Shown here one piece after another: positions 58,807 through 64,000 of a DNA stretch of 64,000 nt (the stretch's first letter is position 1; every line of letters begins with the position of its first letter). Source of the DNA: Callorhinchus milii. Its lineage: Eukaryota. Both the position numbers and the translations under genes were made by a program. The stretch spans positions 15,624,001-15,688,000 of the forward strand of contig NW_024704748.1 in NCBI RefSeq assembly GCF_018977255.1, given 5' to 3'. Under the pieces are notes generated by a model. That model did not search any database. It saw only the letters and a list, made by a program, of their open reading frames with translations, and had not been told where the DNA came from.

Positions 58807-59324
58807 GGAGAAGATCCTCAATTTCAAGACTGCAGGCTCGTGTCAGTTACTATCTTTGACACAGGTTAAACTATACCCCTTACTGGCAAGAGGTTCATTC
58901 GATGAAGTGCTTAGTTGCAGGTGGCACAACATACCTTCCTTGAAATGCAGGTAAAAACGCAGTACCTGGCACTGCCTATGGTAAGTGCTACGTTTCATGC
59001 ATTAACTGTTCCATTTGATTTAGGAAGAAAAACATTAAATCCTTGAGGTAGGGATGAAATCACTTGCGCACTATTAAAATAAGTTCTATATATAAACAAG
59101 AAAATGAGTCAGTGTATTGTAATGTGCTGCTGTTGCCTCGGAAACATAGCCCTAGTTTTCTGTTGTACAGAAGCTGTCAGTATCACTGTTACACGTGACA
59201 AAGGCAGCACTTATAAACTCTCCAGAAACACTCCATTGCAGTTGGCACTGTATCAATATCATCACCAAATATTACATGATGTAGTAAATGAAGGTGAAGG
59301 CTCACATCCACCATCTCACATGCA

Positions 59325-59392
59325 TGTCAGCGCCTTGGGACGTCCTCTCAACGTGAAAGGCACTCTATAAATGTAATTTTGTTGTTGTTGTT
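59325..59392 (+). mobile_element. L2 3' tail
   Basis: GCGCCTTGGGACGTCCTCTCAACGTGAAAGGCACTCTATAAATGTAATTTT(GTT)n. Confidence 0.85.
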
Positions 59393-60149
59393 GATGTTCC
59401 TCATTTCAGCTGAGTCTGCAGGGTGATGGTTAGAGAAAGGGGGACGGGGAAATCAGTCACTTGGTTGTAGTGAGCAAGCGAGGAAGATCACTAACAAGAA
59501 ACCCTTGCTGGAGGTGTGTGGGTGGTCATCAGGTGAAGACATGATTGGAGTCCATTAGCTGGAGGTCAACTGGCACCTTGGGACTAATCAGCTGAAGGGA
59601 TAAAGGAATCAGTTGGCTTCAGAAGAGGAAAGGAGGAGAGAACATTAGCAGGATTTGCTAAACAGATAGTAATGTCCTCTGAGACCCTTTACTACTGCAG
59701 CTGCCGAAGTTCTTTCGAGTGTCCCAGCTGGCATAGCAAGCTGCTACAAAGCTTTGCTCAATGCCACTCTATAACTTTCCTCCTGGACACATCAAAGCTC
59801 AGCCCTGCAAATTCTCTAAGCGATATACAGCAATATTTGGTTACAGATCAACATTATGTTCTAGCTCAGTGTGGTAGACTGCTGCCTTTCAAGACTTCAG
59901 ATCAACGTGATAGTAAATTGCATGACAGTGTTCCAGATCAATTACACACCATCTAGAAAATGTTCTACACCAACGCCATTCTATGGAAACATAATGCATT
60001 GCTCCACATATTTGATGCGCTACAGCATAGCCTCCGGGGTAACATTTTGCAACACATTTTGCAAATTCAGGTTTCCTCTAGTGTTGTAACTGTTGTGTAT
60101 GTGGTAATTATTGCATGGTGGGTCATTCAGCACTTGGAAATATCCTAGT

Positions 60150-60270
60150 CAATTATTCACTTGATCCCTTTCTTTCCAATTAACCACGCTAGCAAAATAT
60201 TCCACATTCTGATGATTCTCTGGATGAAAACCTTTCTTCACATCTCCCCCTTTACTCTTCCAGTGACAAT
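60150..60270 (-). mobile_element. CR1 3' fragment, degenerate
   Basis: Minus strand GTTTTCATCCAGAGAATCATCAGAATGTGGAA = xFIQRIIRMWN (CR1 FFTQRVVxxWN motif). Confidence 0.55.
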
Positions 60271-62521
60271 CCTGTTTTTTCTTCTGTAGCTTTCTGCCAG
60301 TTGTTTTTAGAATGCTAGTGAAATGCATTTCAATGATGGCCTATTTCTGTTCAGGCAATAATCGGTTCCCAGTGAAACATCATGATTGTTCTTTTGCAGA
60401 CACTGCATGTGATGGCGCATTGGAATTCTGATACACTGTCCTACAGACAGCTGAGATGAAAGATTCCATCTGCAATTCCCCTGATCTATCTCAGCCTTGC
60501 CATGCTCAGGTCATTCTAGCAGACCTACGAATGGCTGGCTCAGAGTGTCATCATCAGATGCCTGGAGCAGACTGCTGAACTGCTCTCTTAGATGTGGATG
60601 CTGCACCTAACAGGGAGATCAGAGAGAGGAAGGGGAAAAATAACGTGAAATCCTACTGAAAAACGATTTGTGTTGCATTGTTTTGTGTGCACTTTCAATC
60701 ACTAGGAAGATATTCTAAAATTACTGTCATTAATATACTTCAAACTTATTATAATTCATATGGGATTCATATAGAAGTCATGTAAAACATTACACAGATG
60801 ATGACTGTGTGCACTCTGAGCAAAATGGATTCGATCTGTAGGAACCTTCACTTAAAATTATTCAATTAGGGGCATTTTTGTCATTTGAAGGCACAGTCAA
60901 AAATATTATTGTATCCCCATTTGGATCTGTAACTAAAAACAAATGTGTTTGTCTTACAGCAGGTGCAGGAAATACTGCAATGTATAGCTTCTCCAATAGC
61001 CAACATGATGATATTTATGGCAGCTTATTCCTAGCTTTGCATGAAATGTGTTAATATCACTTCAAGCGAAGTCAGCTAAACGTCTGTTGGCCAGGTGCTA
61101 ACATATAGTTCAGCAGTTGCACTACATAAAGGGAATGCCAAACACAGGATGCTATCCACCTAGCTAGATCATTGACATCACCACAAAGCAATTCCAGAAG
61201 GTTGCCTGTCAGGAATCATATTCTAGAAAATGTCAAGCTAACGGTTATATTTAAGAACAAACTGCCACCGAAGTAGATCACTCATCAGAGAGTCAACCGT
61301 GTTCACCCTGTGAATGAGATTGTGTAGTGTTGTTCGAAAACAAGTGGGGAGAAAGGAAATGTTCAATTGACTAAAGAGGAAGCTAGATCTGAGAGAAGGG
61401 GATGGAGGATTACTGAAGCTGGATTAGTTTTTCAATACAGTATTTACATTTTTGAGCCACACAGGTTCTTAGGAACATGTTCCTTTAAGGAAATATCTAT
61501 TCTGCAAGTGGATGGCGCAGATCTGTTAGATCATTCTTGATCACTTAGTGTATGTTGGTCACCCATTTGTCATATTCTTTGTTTACTCATTTTGGTGGGT
61601 CACTAGGAGGATCTGTCAATAAGTTCATTTCAGTCATGTACTCCAACACAGAGAGCAAGGATCCTACCCGATTAGCCACAGTCACAGTATAGACACACGT
61701 TTCTTACTCTCTATCCAATAACTTTGATTTATTGGCCATTGAATGCTCCTTAGTAGATGTCAATACATCCACCAGTCAATACCTGGAAGCCATTCATGGG
61801 AATACAGAAACAAAATGGCCACATCAAGCTAGATATTGGAATATTGGTACAGTCAAGGAGCAGGCCATTTATCAAAACATTCTGAGGAAATTAACCTGCA
61901 ACATTTAAGATGGAAATAGTTCTGAAAATCAGATTGATTTCTAGAGATAGATACATAAATGCATACATAGCTATAACTAAACATATATTATTGAGGGGTT
62001 TGGGTGATGCTACAAAACAAGAATTAATCTTGAGACATTTCTAGGCACCTGTAAAACAGTAAAATGAGATTCCTTTTCTGGTATCACTACACAAATTGTA
62101 TTGTACACTGGAGTTGGTTGTGGGCATTTTCTTTCTTTTTCACTGTTTTGTTCTGTTGGTGTAGAAAGGGATAACAGGGGCACTCCATCCAGCTCTCCTT
62201 ATAGAAAGATAGATTATTGCAAAATACTTGAGGGATGGGCTATGGTGAACAACAAATACATTGATAAATACTGTATGTATATTTCTCATTTACATTAATG
62301 TATGTGACCGAAAAATGGAGGGAAATAACATACCCTCTGCATATTCTGCATAGGCGGTGGACAGATGGGAGGGAGTTTTCTGTCCAAGGCTGTACCACAA
62401 GCAGATAATGTTACACAAAGAGAAGATATTGTGTGTCAGGTTTACTTTGTCTAAACATAGTCAGCTACCATTCCACTTGCAATCCAAATGGCAAACTCCT
62501 GAATAAAAAATCATTAACATC

Positions 62522-62834
62522 ATAATAATAATAATCCTTGCATTTGATATAGCGCTTTCCACGTCTTCTAGACATCTCAAAGCGCTTCATAGAATATATT
62601 GTAAAGTGAATTGACTGTATACTTGTGGGTGAAACGCGGCAGCCAATTGTGCACAGCCGTGTCCCACAAACAGTTGTGGATTCAATGACCAATTTATTAT
62701 TGTTTTTTTTCATAAAGGATTATTATCAGGGATGTGGAGTATGGAAACTTGCCCAAGGTTTCGCCCTGCCGAGAATTGAACCCAGGTCTCTCACTTGCGA
62801 GGCGAGTGCTCTAACCACTGAGCTACAGGACTCC
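62522..62834 (-). mobile_element. Full-length young tRNA(Ala)-derived SINE
   Basis: Complete head (GGAGTCCTGTAGCTCAGTGGTTAGAGCACTCGCCTCGCAAG), body and (TTA)n tail on the minus strand. Confidence 0.97.
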
Positions 62835-64000
62835 ACAATGGAGTAGCTAATAGTAATAGAGAGTAATAGAATGGTCTCATGCCTACTGACTAGCCTCTCA
62901 TTTCAGTGCCCTGCATGCCTCCCACTCTTGGGCATGAAAAGGTTGGCTTAGTAAGGCATGATGGGGAGGCTGCTGCACACTTTCTAACTGCATATTTTGG
63001 ACTATAGTGAGAGAGAAAGACATGATACGAAACAGCAGGTAAACAAACAATTTATTGGAGGGTGGCTTTAAATATTTTTGAAACGTCATAACCTATTGCA
63101 GTACAACCTTGCTAAATATAGTACAGGTAGTTTCTATGTATTACATTATTTACATATTTACAGTTTAGAACATGATAGACCGCTCACTGTTTTGGAACAT
63201 CAGGATTTTATTTAAAAGTGAGAATGGAGAAAGGAGTTGTAAAGGTAGCAATTGTCTCCATGGGTGGGAGTTAGAAACTGACAGAACTTGAAATAATGCC
63301 CTCCTTTTGCCATATGTACATTCATGTGAATATTCAAACAGCAACAGTAACAAACTTACAACATGAAGTCTTAAATATAACATACTGTCATAATTTTAAA
63401 AGCTCCACATTAAAAACATTTAAACCCAGATACTATGAAAGCAAAAGGGGAGAGGCACTACCACTGGTCTCTCCCTCTACTCTCATTACTGAACGTGGAG
63501 ATCTTTGTATAAGTATTCAAATGATTTCACAAGTACAATTGTGTGGCCAATAGTTCAACAGCTGAAACACTCTGGCTGCAGATTTTGCTTTTTAGTCCAG
63601 AGCCTTAGTAAGTTAATCCCTTTGCTGTGCCCACACTTATTTTCCAGTTACTGTCCTTAAAACACATTACCACAATGCCCAAGCACTCTGCTGTCAAACC
63701 CATTGCTTTGCAATTAATTCACAGCTAAGGTTTTTACCTGTCTGGGATCCAGTGCAGTTCCGTGGCTGTCTGAGCAAGCCAAGTATCAGCAGCTAATTCA
63801 ACTGCAAATTCTTCTAAAACACACCATTGGATATCTCTGAGCTATTCTGGAGAGTGGTTTTCTGTTTGCTCACACAAGCTACCTACGCTCCTGACAGCTC
63901 TCTGCAGGGCTCTGACTGAGAAGAATTCATTTAACAGACATTTTAGGGTGAGATGGAAAAGGACTGTACCATCTGAAAGGCAGTAAGACAAAACTATATG

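Overview
Eukaryotic, AT-rich, CpG-depleted vertebrate genomic DNA. The repeat content (tRNA-Ala-headed Deu-type SINEs, AmnSINE2-/LF-SINE-like relics, L2 and CR1 LINE fragments, a chondrichthyan-type Penelope end) points to a cartilaginous fish, most likely a chimaera such as the elephant shark (inference). I can identify no protein-coding gene. The only ORFs with recognisable homology are decayed L2/CR1 reverse-transcriptase fragments, so the window looks intronic or intergenic. It holds about 18 copies of one young SINE family, many older SINE/LINE relics, several palindromic MITE-like elements, local duplications and minisatellites. The most interesting items are: (1) a Penelope-type end carrying a minimal hammerhead-ribozyme fold, flanked by a 10-bp TSD; (2) a SINE that appears to combine tRNA + CORE + Deu + L2-tail modules, with two body variants and two tail-loop variants, one matching the local L2; (3) an RFX/CRE promoter-like element with a splice donor, plus further X-box-like sites; (4) a speculative series of minus-strand, phase-0 candidate alternative first exons, one encoding an MGxCLS myristoylation-type N-terminus; (5) a perfect 31-bp-stem hairpin and a duplicated two-hairpin element. 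Repeat boundaries were read by eye and are approximate. Family names come from recalled consensus motifs, not database searches.
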